Assembly: GCA_047967505.1 (NCBI GenBank)
Contig: CM106538.1
Reading direction: 5' to 3' (one strand)
Origin: Dipteris shenzhenensis
Lineage: Eukaryota
Length of the DNA: 64,000 bases
The translations under genes were made by a program, and so were the position numbers. Below the pieces are notes generated by a model that worked only from the letters and a program-made list of their open reading frames with translations, made no database searches and was not told where the DNA came from. Shown here one piece after another: positions 12,739 through 24,862 of this stretch (positions within the stretch are counted from its first letter, which is position 1; each line of letters starts with the position of its first letter).

Positions 12739-15700
12739 ATGGCATCCTCTTCCATGTCTAGAAAGGAGTTTTTTTAGCATTAAAAAGTTTGATGGGACAA
12801 ACTTTTCTTTGTGGAAAGAACAAATAAGGGATGTGCTTATTCAAAAGAAGCAAATTAAACCCTTGGCAGGGATTGAAGCTAAGCCTACAAATATGTCTGA
12901 GGATGATTGGAATGAGTTGGATGCATTAGCAAAGTCTACTATTAGACTTCATCTTGCAGAGTCAGTTTATTTCACAGTAGTAAATGAGCAGACTACGGAA
13001 GATGTGGAAGAAACTGTGTGCCACTTATGAGAAGGAAACTGCCTCTAATAAAGTTTACCTCATGAAGAGGTTGTTTGAGCTGCAAATGAAGGAAGGGGTC
13101 TCCATTACTTCTCACTTGAATGAATTCAATATTATTTTCAACCAGCTTCAGGCTCAGAAGATGAATTTTGATGTGGAGACTAAGGCAATATTTCTCTTAT
13201 GTTCATTGCCATCCTCATGGGATACCTTCCGTACAGCTGTCAGTAACTCTGCACCTAGTGGAGTACTGAAATTTGATGATGTTGTGGGTAGCTTGTTGGC
13301 GGAGGAGATTAGACGGAAGTCTATGGATGGCAACAAGCAGGATGCAGCCTTAAATGTGCAAAGTGGCAGATCACAGTTCAGGGGGAAGTCCCAAGAAAGA
13401 GGGAAGTCTCGTAGCAAATCCAGGGCATGGAACATTGAGTGTTACCATTGCGGCAAGAAGGGCCATATGAAAAAGGATTGCTACAAGCTGAAAAGAGAGC
13501 AAAAGGATAAGAAAAAGAATGCAAATTGGGGTGCAAATCAAAAGGAAGAGAGTCCAAGGGAGGACAAAGGAAAAGTGAAGATCGAGGAGATCAATGCAGT
13601 CACACATGATAGTGACAATGACATTCTCTTCATGTCTAGTTTATCTATAGAGTTGCTTACCACTTCAAATGATGCATATTCCCAGGATTGGATTTTGGAT
13701 TTTGGTGCTTCATTCCATGTTACTCCCCATAGGGAATGGTTCTCCACTTATGATAGTGGAAAGACAGGTTGTGTGCATCTTGGAAATGACTATGCATGTG
13801 ACATAGTGGGAGTAGGTGACATAAAGTTTTCTTTTGCAAATGGGTCTGCATTTGTTTTGAAACATGTGAGACATGTGCCTAAGCTGACCAAGAGTCTTAT
13901 TTCAGTGGGTCAACTAGATGATGCTGGTTTTCACACCACTTTTGGCTTTCAGAGTTGGAAAATTCAGAAGGGCTCTATGCTTTTGGCCAGGGGTGCCAAG
14001 TGTGGGACTTTGTATCCCTTACATGTATCAGGGGTATTTGATCATGTTGTTGTAATAACCGCGCAGCCAAGCACTTCTTTGTGGCATTGCAGGTTGGGGC
14101 ACACGAGCCAGAATGGAATGAAACTCTTATGCTATTTGGGTTATGTACCGCATTTGAGTTTCTCTGATTTTGAATTTTGTGAGCATTGTCTCTATGGGAA
14201 GCAGACTAAGTTAGCCCATAAAAGAAGGGGAAAGAAAGAGTTTGAAATGCTTGATTTGGTGCATTCAGACGTATGTGGTCCCATGCCTACACGGTCATTA
14301 GGCGGAGCTGAATACTATGTGACATTCATTGATAATGCAACTAGGAAAGTGTGGGCTTATGCTATAGCTCGGAAGAGTGATGTGTTCCAGGTATTTCAGA
14401 AATGGCTGGCCTTGGTTGAGAATCAGTCAGGTAGAACACTTAAATGCCTATGGATTGACAACGGTGGAGAGTATCTCTCTCATGACTTTCAGCATTTCTG
14501 TGATACACGTGGGATTAAGAGGGAGCTCACATCCCCTCGTACTCCAGAGCAAAATCCAGTTGCAGAAAAGATGAACCGTACCATTCAAGAAAGGTTGCAA
14601 TGCATGCTTTCTAATGCAAGTCTTTCTGGTGGTTTTTGGGCTGAGGCAATGAAGACTGCAGTGCATGTGATCAATAGATCACCTAGTAAGAGTTTGGATG
14701 GTGGTATTCCTGAAGAGGCATGGAGTGGCAAGAAGCCCTTTTACTCTCATTTGCATATATTTGGGTGTGAGGCATATGCACATGTGCCAAAAGAGCTTCG
14801 AAAGAAGCTAGATCCTAAGTCTAGGAAACGCATCTTTCTAGGTTATGGTGAAAGTGGAGAGATGGGCTATCGTCTTTGGGATCTAGAAGCAAAGAAGATC
14901 ATACGCAGCCATGATGTAGTCTTCAATGAGAAGAAGATGCATAAGGCACCCATGAGGGATGTAGAAATGAGGAAAATCACTTTCCAGGATGTGAATCCAC
15001 CTGCATATGTTGATAGACAGCAAGCTATCCATGCACCAAATGTGCAAGAAATGGTACCACCAAGTACTCCCACAGGTATACAATCAAGGGTAGATGATGG
15101 ATCATCTATTGGTGGAAATGATGAGCCAAATGTGGCTAATATGCAGGTGGGACAGCAAGCTGAAATGCCCTTGAGAAGATCATCTAGAGTGTCTAGACCA
15201 CCTGATAGGTTTGTTCCAGGGGTAGACTATGTGATGCTTACTGATTGCGGGGAGCCTTCTTGCTACAGAGAGGCTATGATGCATGAGGATCAACGCAAGT
15301 GAAGTGGGAGTATGCTATGCAATCAGAGATGAGTTCACTTATAAAAAAGAATAAGACTTGGGACTTGGTTTCTTTGCCACATGGAAAGAACGCATTGCCA
15401 TGTAAATGGGTTTAACAAATGGTCACAGGTGATGATGTGCCTAGGTACAAGGACCGTTTGGTCGCTAAAGGGTTCAAGCAAGAGAAGGGTGTGGACTTTG
15501 ATGAGATATTCTCTCCAGTTGTGAAGATGACCACACTTAGATGCATGCTTGGACTAGTGGCAGCTCTAGGATATGGAGCTTATGCAGATGGATGTCAAGA
15601 CAGCTTTCTTGCATGGGGATTTGCATGAGGAAATTTACATGGTGCAGCCAGAAGGCTTTGAAGAAAAGGGCAAAGAGCATTTAGTTTGCAAGCTGAAGAA

Positions 15701-16809
15701 GAGTCTCTATGGTCTTAAGCAAGCACCTAGAGAATGGTATCAGAAGTTTGATGCTTTCATTCGGTCCCAGGGTTTTAGAAGGAGTGAAATTGATCACTTC
15801 CTCTACACTAAAAGGGCTAAGGATAATAGCCTGATAATCTTGGCACTATATGTGGATGATATGCTATTGGCTAGCAAGAACACTTATGAGCTAGATGCAT
15901 TAAAGGCCAAGTTGCATGAGGCCTTTGATATGAAGGATTTGGGACTTGCAGGTCATATTCTTGGTATGCGCATCATGCGTGATCAGAGTAGGAAACTCCT
16001 TTGGCTTCACAAAAAGAGTATGTTACAAAAGTATTGCAGCGTTTCAATATGGAGGGGGGGAGGCAGTGAGTACTCCATTGCCTCCATATGTGAAACTGAG
16101 TCATACAGATAGTCCCAAATCAGATGAGGAAAGGGCCATGATGGCCAAGGTTCCTTATGCATCAGCAGTTGGGAGTCTTATGTATGCTATGATAGCTACT
16201 AGACCAAACATTGCATTTGTAGTGGGAGTTGTTAGCCAGTATATGGCTAATCTAGGAAAGAGGCATTGGGAGGCAGTTAAGTGCATCATGAGGTACATGA
16301 AGGGTACCAAGGAGATGTGCATTTGCTTTGGTAAAGGAGACATGCGTGTACTTGGGTACACAGATTCAGACTATGCAGGAGGGCATGTGGATAGTAGGAG
16401 ATGCACTTCTGGTTATGTGTTCACCTTTGTAGGTGGTACAGTGTTGTGGATGTCTCGTGCACAGAAGTGCGTTGCTTTGTCTACCACAGAGACTGAGTAT
16501 GTTGCAGCCACAAAGGGTTGCAAGGAGGCTATATGGCTTGATTGGCTAGTGGGAGATTTGGGGATTCATACAGGTATACCGACATTGCATAGTGATTCCA
16601 TGAGTGCTATTTAGCTAGCACGGAATCCGATCTTTCATGCAAAGACCAAACACATTGAGGTCAGGTACCATTTCATCAGGGAGGTACTTGAGGACAAGCG
16701 CATAGAGCTTGTCAAGGTTCATACACATGATAACCCTGCAAATATGCTGACGAAGAGTTTACCTAGTTAGTGGTTTGAGTATTGTCGTGTATTAATGGGC
16801 ATTAGATAG
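12739..16809 (+). pseudogene. Copia gag-pol of B (gag, CCHC knuckle, PR, IN, RT, RNase H), disrupted
   Basis: ORFs 12809-13030, 12984-15302 (CYHCGKKGHMKKDC, WILDFGASFH, HSDVCGP, IDNGGEY), 15573-16112 (LYVDDML) and 15946-16614 (GYTDSDYAG); several frameshifts and stops. Confidence 0.95.
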
Positions 16810-16862
16810 TATGCTCACTGGTTGTTCTCCCTTAAAGGCATATTGTCCTTTAAGTGGGAGGT

Positions 16863-16998
16863 TGTGGGGGTTAAAGGTCACTGTGCCTTTACCCCGGTTA
16901 TGTACAATACTCAAACACATTGCACCCACCAAAACTTGTGTGGCTCTCTGTCTCTCTCTCTCCTTCTTCCGTTCTTGCTTCCGTTGAGAGCACTCTCA
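16863..16998 (+). repeat. 3' LTR of element B (136 bp; 35-bp deletion)
   Basis: Identical to the 5' LTR except that 11207-11241 is missing. Confidence 0.95.
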
Positions 16999-17003
16999 CC
17001 ATT

Positions 17004-17520
17004 GAACTTCTCGATTTTTAACTTTCCTTCTTCTGTCATTGCTCCCACTCAAACCAAGAACCTCCTTCCTAATGAGTCAACGGATGTTGCTTAAACAAAC
17101 ATTCTAATACCAGTTGTTAGGAGCAATGCAATAACCGAGCAACAATGAAGCTAGTGGATGAAGTAGAGGGCATTGTCATGTCCAGACATGAAGCATAGAA
17201 GAGTGGAAACAACCTATAAGTGTTGTGTGGCTCAAATCAAAGTACCTGTCAACTTCCAAGAGGCATTGAAACCCAAGGAATGGGTTGACGTCATGGAAAA
17301 AGAGTATAACAGCATGATAGATGCACTCATATACTATCACATTTTTTGAGCTCCTCAAATGAAGAATGTGACCAATGAAGAAGAGCTATACTCTATCTTT
17401 TACAAGCTTCCCAGTTTAAGCTTCACTTTTTCCATGAGAGCTTTGCAGGTGTGAGAGTGCATGCATGCAGACTCCTTCCATTTTTTTCAGTTGGCCTCCC
17501 TCTCTATCGTTGAGATGTCT
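17004..17520 (-). mobile_element. Copia element A, right part: gag start, PBS and probable 5' LTR (LTR far end uncertain)
   Basis: ATG at 17039 gives MTEEGKLKIEKFN, continuing GKDYHHWKM across the B insertion. A degenerate PBS (plus-strand TCTAATACCA 17103-17112) is followed by TGTTAGG at 17115. Confidence 0.75.
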
Positions 17521-19244
17521 GCATACAAATGGTTTTTGTCTTCCTAATCAAAGATCTCCAAAACCTTGTACCAAAAAGACAATTAATAGTTTTATGGTAT
17601 GATGGGAGGATAGAATTGGTTGAACCCTACTCAACAAAAACCACTGAAGCCATTCGCTCCTTCTCATCAACAACCATTAAAGCCCCCCACTCCTCCTCAC
17701 TAATAACCAATAAATTAGAGTGTTTATCCATAAATGTATTAAGTTTGTAAGCTTTAATTTATTAGATAAGACTTCCTTTTCCTTTCTTTTATATTGTTTA
17801 TGTGCATTACAATCAAGTTTTTTACAAATCTTGATTATTGAATAATTTTTTATTTTGTTTATAATGTTTTTAAATAATAAATTAAAGTATTGTTTATTAA
17901 TATATTATTGACAAGCTTTAATATATTCCATTATGTACTTTGAAAGATTATAATTATTTAAATAAGAATTATTGTCTTCAAACTTTTATATAATCTTTGT
18001 TTTACTAAAGTCTCCCGCTGCTTCTCATCAGGGTTATTAGACATTAAAACTTCCTTCTACTTTGGAGGTGGCACGATGGTGCTTGGCTCTCACCCTAGAG
18101 GGTACTGAACAGCCATCACTTCTTGTTCCCTAGAGAGCTTTGTGCATGAAACCACTCTAGTCCTCTCTCAGTCCTCTCAAGATCGGGTCAATTATCCTTA
18201 GTTACCTCCTTTATATATCTCTATGCTTGAAGTGCTCCTTTCTCCGTAAAGTGTTTGGCATCTCTTTGGGGAAGTTTGTAGTAGCGAAGTAAGTAGCCAA
18301 ATTTTCATTTCATTTCAATTGCATCAAGAAATGTTTCAAGAATATAGTCAAGGTAACCATGAAGTGTCTCTCCTAGTTTGTGAATCAAAACTCATGTAAT
18401 AGTAGCATCCCTAATGCAAGGAAGGTTCTTTTCATTGAAGGTTTGTTAATGAGGCATACTAATGCTTGATAGTCCACATAAAGTTTAAGTTTTTTCTTAG
18501 CAAATAAATATAAATTTGATACACAATATGCCATGTCTATAGCTTCCCTTTCTATTTATTAGCTTTGCTCTACATATGTAAACATTTTGCTAGTATAGAA
18601 TAAGTATAAAATATTGGAAAATCAAGGCTCCCATAAGGTTTAGTGACAATCAATCCAATGGATGACCCTGATGCATCCATGTACACATGGTTGACAACAA
18701 ACTAATTTATTGGATGATTGTATGTAAAGTAAACATTACTTATGTATTAGCCATGGTTACTCAATGCATATCAAATCCATGTCAGCATTACTAGACATTG
18801 ATTAAGAGGATCGCCCACAACAAGCAAAGAATCGCTTTGGAACTTTAGAAGGATGCCCTAAAGTAATGTGGAAATTGTCCATGAAATGTTTGTGAGAGAG
18901 GAGTAGAAGTCATTTGGAAAAATGTGAGCGAAGGGGAGAGGAAAATTGAGGGGCTCACACAACAAGAGAACTACAATGTACATACTAATGAAAATAAATT
19001 TTGCATATACAACATGGGATGAGAATTGATCCTTATTCCATCATTGTGTCACTACCCACACAATAACCTATGCATATATGATAATAATAATACATGAGAA
19101 CAATCACTATGCTAAGACCTCCCTTTTAATTAAAGATCCATGTCTATGAAATATAGATTTTCTTTGCATGTTTTAAAATTTTACCTTGGGATGCCAAATG
19201 AACTTTAGGAATACAATGTATCTAAATCAAATTTATATACTCAC

Positions 19245-19390
19245 AATTTGATGTCAAGTAATATCATTATGCTTTGCCTTTCCTTGAACTTTTGTATTCT
19301 TTGCTACAATGCTTATGGTCATGCTATCACAAAATATTATAGTGGCTTCCCTTGTGGTTAATCTAAGGTCACCTAGAATCTTTGCAATAT
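19245..19390 (-). mobile_element. Very old Copia RNase H relic
   Basis: Minus frame reads KILGDLRLTTREATIIFCDSMTISIVAKNTKVQGKAKHNDIT*HQI, comparable to the Copia consensus DLG...TIFCDNQSAI.IAKNP.FH.RTKHIDI.YH. Confidence 0.6.
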
Positions 19391-20398
19391 TTTTCTTCAC
19401 ATCTACATCTGAATAAAGCAATATTCTAGGCTTCTATTATTGATACTTGTCCATGCTATACAAAGCTGATTTACTAAAAATGGGCAATCTGCATCACATA
19501 ATCAATGAGGTGTGGATCTAACCTATATCTTTTGGATACGAATGTTGATTGTCCATTATATCGTTTTCCTATAGCCATGGTTTTAAGCATACCGTACGCT
19601 CTCAAGATGATCAAGATTAGATTTCCATATTTTTGCACTAGAAAATTATGTGCTTTGTATTACGTGTAATATATAAAATCAATAAAGCCATCATAGTTCT
19701 AAAAATGACAAAAGGTTTTTATAAATATACAGCACTGATGACCTTAACCTAAGAGAATTAGAAAATCAAACACTCATTTAAGGCCCATAACTACTGATAA
19801 ATATAATCCCCAAAGAAAAAAATCTAGCAAAATTGAATATTGTGATAGGTAATTAGGAAGCAAAGACTTAAGCTCCATTGGAATATACTTCTTTATTTTG
19901 AATTTGCAATCCATAATATTTGAGCTCAACTAATATGCTTTGATTTGTATAATCACTCTCTAATGATTTTGCGTAGCCAACACTTGAAGTCTATGATCAA
20001 CCCCCGATGCCTTCTTGCCTTAAATCTCTTGTCTACCTCAACCAAGCATGTAGTTCATAAATTGGGTCCATGTCAACATCATCAAACTAATATCTAGTAG
20101 GTACCACCCACAAGCACTCCATAACTTGTGCTTCAATTTGAGTCCAATTTTGCCTAAGCACTTCCTTGTGCCTCAGCATGAAGGTAAATATCCCAAGTAC
20201 ACTAAACATTCATGTGCGGTTTTACTAATCTTTGAGCACTCCTAGTTGGTGGTGGACATGCCATGGATATATGAAAAACATCCTCACATGCACCAACACA
20301 TCACGTGCAACATCCATCAAGTTCCCATATCCTTGTGGGCCTCCAATTAATGATGAGTTATCATTCGCAATAGCACACTTGAATTCTCTGGTAAATCC

Positions 20399-20402
<4 letters not shown>

Positions 20403-20467
<65 letters not shown>
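20403..20467. repeat. (CT)n microsatellite
   Basis: Seen directly. Confidence 0.95.
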
Positions 20468-20469
<2 letters not shown>

Positions 20470-20944
20470 AGCTATTACTTTCTCTTCATGATGCTATTCT
20501 TAGTTAGCTCCTAATATTTTTATTATTATTATTTTCTCTATGATATCAATCTCAATCAATCTTACCAGCAAGTCTCGATGCACTAGCAACAATGGATACT
20601 TGTATTACTGAGCATGTTTTATGAGTTCATTGGTTTTCTAGGTAGCCCTCATTTTCCACACGGCATACTTGCTCCAAGTTATGGTACTTGATTTTACTGG
20701 TTGCAAACTCTTTAGAGTTTGTTTGAGTGATCTCTAGATCCCCTTATGTCTTACATTATTGGGAGCCATGGCTATTGCTAGCATGTTGCTTGACCAAATT
20801 TATATGGCATATGGACACTTTAATTGTGTTATGAATAAGTTTATCTTACACTTTTTATGGTTGGTTTATGATTTCTTAATACGCACGCACACGTACGTGC
20901 ATGCGTGTGTGAGTGTGTGTGTGAGAGAGAGAGAGAGAGAGTGA

Positions 20945-23900
20945 GAAAGAAACAAAGAAAGAAAGAACTATTAACATCCGCAGGAGGCCTTGTGGGCCTA
21001 TGGGACCAAGTGCGGAATACACCAAAAGGGAAAAACTCATACAAGCCACAAAGGGCTAGAGCAAAGGGTGCATTAAGGCCCTTGCTGAGTACTATGTTGA
21101 AATAAAGAGCTCAATGGCTCAAGTATAAAACATGTCACATCATATCATATCATGTACTATCTGAAGTATGATGAGAGCTAGAACTAGAACTGGAACTTTG
21201 AATATGAAACTCGGCACTATGGTGGCTCATCTACGAGCGACAAAAATGTCTCATATCTATGTCTATCTGGCTGTCTCATGCTATGGTGGTAGAGGGGGAT
21301 GTTGTCTCCTTGATCTATGAACTCGCTAAGCTATGTTCAAAGTGACCCCTCATCACGATCGGTCTTCTCTAAGGAAAGATCTTATAGGTTGGGGACCTCA
21401 ATCTAGTGAGCTCTGGAGCTGACTCAAAGGCATAGAAATATGTGACATGCCACTGTGTCTAGTTAGCCTCTATATCATGTGGTCTGGTCATCTCTTGTTG
21501 CTCCCTGATCCGTTATAATAGGGTCTCCATGTGTCAGCGCATCTCAAGTAGATAGAGCTCAATGTAGACCTGCAGACTTGGTCATGGAAGTGGTTCAATC
21601 ATGACAGCAAGCTAAAGCCCCTCTCATCCTGATAGAGATAGTTGTATTGCCCTGGACCTTGTAGTAGGTTGGGTAGATGCAGAGAAAGTGCTCCTCTGTC
21701 TCAATCACTCTTAGTGTGCATGGCATGCAGATCCACTACTCTTTGGGTATACATTCTACTCTCCATGTCTTAATCCTCAGCTAATGCGCATCTACCCAAT
21801 GGCGATCCTTAGTTCATGTGAGACTCCTCTGTCATCAAGAACTAGGGTTTGATGATGAATCCCTCCTCTAAGACTCTCAGGAAGTGGTCGCGGTAGAACT
21901 AGGTCTTGGTTGGGAGCTTTTGATCCCCCCAAGTTCGAGATGTGTGGAGTTGGAGGAGGTCTAACTATATGATACGGTTAATCTCATCTTGCAGGATTGA
22001 CTCAGGGGGTGCATCCATATCGATATTGTACTAAAAGGGAGGGAGCATGCCCTTTTGAATCCTATGTCTGCCAAACCATGTGGATATACATGCATACCAT
22101 GTGTTTGCCCTGATCTCAGCTAGTTGTCTAGATGACTCCAGAGCCAACCTCGGTAGTTCTCCAATGGGGTAAGTCCCAGACTCTATGAATGAATGTCACT
22201 GTCTAGAAGATGGCATCAATCTATAGTGGTGTCATGGTGAACTCTGCCTGTACTATCTCATGCAAGACTAAGGGCCTGATCCAAATCATCCTACCACTCT
22301 GCTATCGGTAGGTCACATCCCTAGAAGGGTGTTGCATACATGGCAGTCGGTCAAACTAGCATATCAAATAGCTAGCACTTCATTGGTGGGTCCTGAAAGT
22401 GTGCATGGATGCATTGTCTCTATAGCAGTTAGGCTAGAGTACCCTGCCCTATGTGAGTTGTGCATGGGCTGTATGTGTCATAGTGAAAAGGGGTCCTATG
22501 AAGATTGTTCCTAAATAGGTGTAAGACTACACTATCTCCATTGGCTCGTCTCAATAAGTGAAGCTGAGTCGACGGAGCACTACATGTGAGGTGTTGAAAA
22601 CCATAACCTTGGTCTTCCCAAGGTTGACTTTCAGGTCTCTCTCTCTACAAAACACCTCTAGGGCCTTCAAATGTCTTTGCAATCCCTCCATTGAGAATGA
22701 GATAAGGACTATGTCATCAGCATATAGCAATATCTGTATCATGAGATCAGCTAGTAGTGATCCTTCACCTCCAAGGCTATCTATGAAGGAAGTGATCTCA
22801 TCATTGTAAAGCCCGAAGATGGTCGGTGAGAGGGGGCAACCCTCGAAGGCATCTATGAAGGAAGTGATCTCATCATTTTGTAAAGCCTGAAGAGGGTCAG
22901 TGAGAGGGGGCAACCCTGCTTGACTTCAATCGTACTCTCAACCCAATGCGATAGACCACCTAGGGCGCAAGCTCTGCCTCTGTGACTGACTCATACAGGC
23001 TCATCATCCCCATCTCAGTGTCTCTAGAATCTGTAGCTCCTGTATTCTCCAGATCATGTGGGACTGTGGGGTAGTGTCAAAAGCCTTCCAAAAGTCTACA
23101 AAGCATGTGTAGACCTTCTGGTGTTTGGACTTCATCTCCTCAATCATAGTGAAAATGTGATTTATGGTAGAATGCTATCTCTAGAATCCTACCTTCCCTA
23201 GTGCCCAAGCCTCTGTATGACTATTGAGCTCCCTCTCTAAGACTGATCCATAAATCTTGGCTAGAGTGTGGCCAATCATGAGGGTACGGTAGTTCCCAGT
23301 CTCCATAGGGTCTCCAGCTTTGTGTATCATCACAATAGGGGTAGTGCTCCAAGCAGGTGGGAAGTCGTGGCACACAGCCCAGTTGAACATTTGTGTTAGG
23401 ACCAAGGCTATGACCTCCTGTCCATATGCAAAGTGCTCATTCCATAGGCCCTCATGGTCCTGCACTCTCCGATTGTGTAATTGTCAAAGTGCAACCCATA
23501 CATTATGTGTGGTGAACAAGTGGCAAGTGGTGGGCTGGCATAGAGGACATATCCGATGGTGTTTGCATCTACGCATCATAGAGGTAACATGCATAGGTGT
23601 GCCACACATCTAGGTCGATGATGGAAATAGGTGTCTTTCCCTCCGATAGAAACCCCCATCTAATGATTGAGTTTCCTCCTTGAAAAGATCTGACAATATT
23701 GTCCATCCTATGTGTGAGGAAGGCCCGCCTCTTACAATGTGTCAATTGTTGAAATATCCTCTGTGTCTCGCGTGGCATCATGACCCAAAGCCCGTTCCTA
23801 TGTCGAGTGGGCTCTCTCCTCTCTACACTCGTCATCAAACCAAGGGTTTTGGGGCATCTTCCCAAAAAGGATAGCCACCCCCATGGAGCCTCGTACTCCA

Positions 23901-24828
23901 CTATCTCTCCTAAACTCCCTCCTATGAGATGACTCCCATGTGTATCATGTTACTATGGGCAACCCTTTCTATGGGCTCTCATGTGTCTCAATGTAGATCA
24001 TATCTCTATTACTATATGTCTCTAAGAGACCTCCTGAGTCAGACCATAGTGTGCCATTACAATTCCATACTGTTATTTTCAATCCGATGTGTGTACACAT
24101 CCCATGAGCTCGACAGGGTCACAGTTCTCCCTCTTCCTTCTTTTCCTTCTCTTCTTTATCTTCCTTGTCTCCTCTTTCTCGGATGATCACCCTGTCATCC
24201 CTATATATATAGCCCATTTCCCTACCTCTCTTGTTGCCATTACTCGTACCATACCTTCCCTTTAATGCTCTTTGTTGTAGAAGTGTGAGGTCATCATCCA
24301 AGTTCCCTTCAAAGTTGCTCTCATGCTCATGAGGGTCTTCCTATCCATGGCTATCCATAACTTCAGCACTAGTGGCTTGGTAAGTGCCTTTGGTTTGCCC
24401 ACCCTCCAAGCTGTCTCGCAAGTGAGCTTGACCCCCATTTGGGTGAACAATATCTTGGCATCTCCCATTGGAGTTTCTCCCATTGAAAGCCCCCTCACCA
24501 AGACATTTAGCGCTTTGCTGGTCCTCTTTTCCTCCTCAATTTCTTCTAAGATGAATTCTTTCTTTAGGGCTATTGTGCCTATTTTACCACATCTTTCCAT
24601 TCCATCATCTTGGCTTCCCCGTTGCTGATTTGTTGTTTAAGCTCAGCATGTGTGCCTTGCATTATTTCTTGCATGGCTGCAATCTCCTTCCTGAGAGTGG
24701 CATTTTCTATTTCCAGTTCTTCCATTGCTTTGCAGTTCTCTTCTGGAGTTACTTTCATGTCTTTTATTTGCCTGCACTTCAATTTCCAGAGCATACATCC
24801 TGTCCTGGAGCCTATTTTTTTCACATAT

Positions 24829-24829
<1 letters not shown>
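20945..24829 (-). mobile_element. Non-LTR retrotransposon (LINE) with ORF1 and RT-bearing ORF2, decayed
   Basis: ORF1 coiled coil plus NVLVRGL...WRVGKP..KPLVLK..MDDDLT (24119-24824). RT motifs HKAGDPMETGNYRTL, GCPLSPTIFGLY, LLYADDIVL, LKVNLGKTKVMVF. Zinc finger-like WICMPCT..ETEEHFLC near 21670-21740. (TTCT)n tail at 20945-20967. Confidence 0.9.

Positions 24830-24862
<33 letters not shown>

Larger units (their letters stand above)
11149..16998 (+). mobile_element. Copia element B, full length with both LTRs, nested in element A
   Basis: TG...CA LTRs; TSD CCATT at 11144-11148 and 16999-17003; PBS TGGTATCAGAGCC 11322-11334; PPT AAGTGGGAGG about 16852-16861. Confidence 0.97.

Noticed and set aside
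19730-19780. CTGATGA hammerhead-like core
   Set aside because: No convincing stem II, GAAA or stem III.
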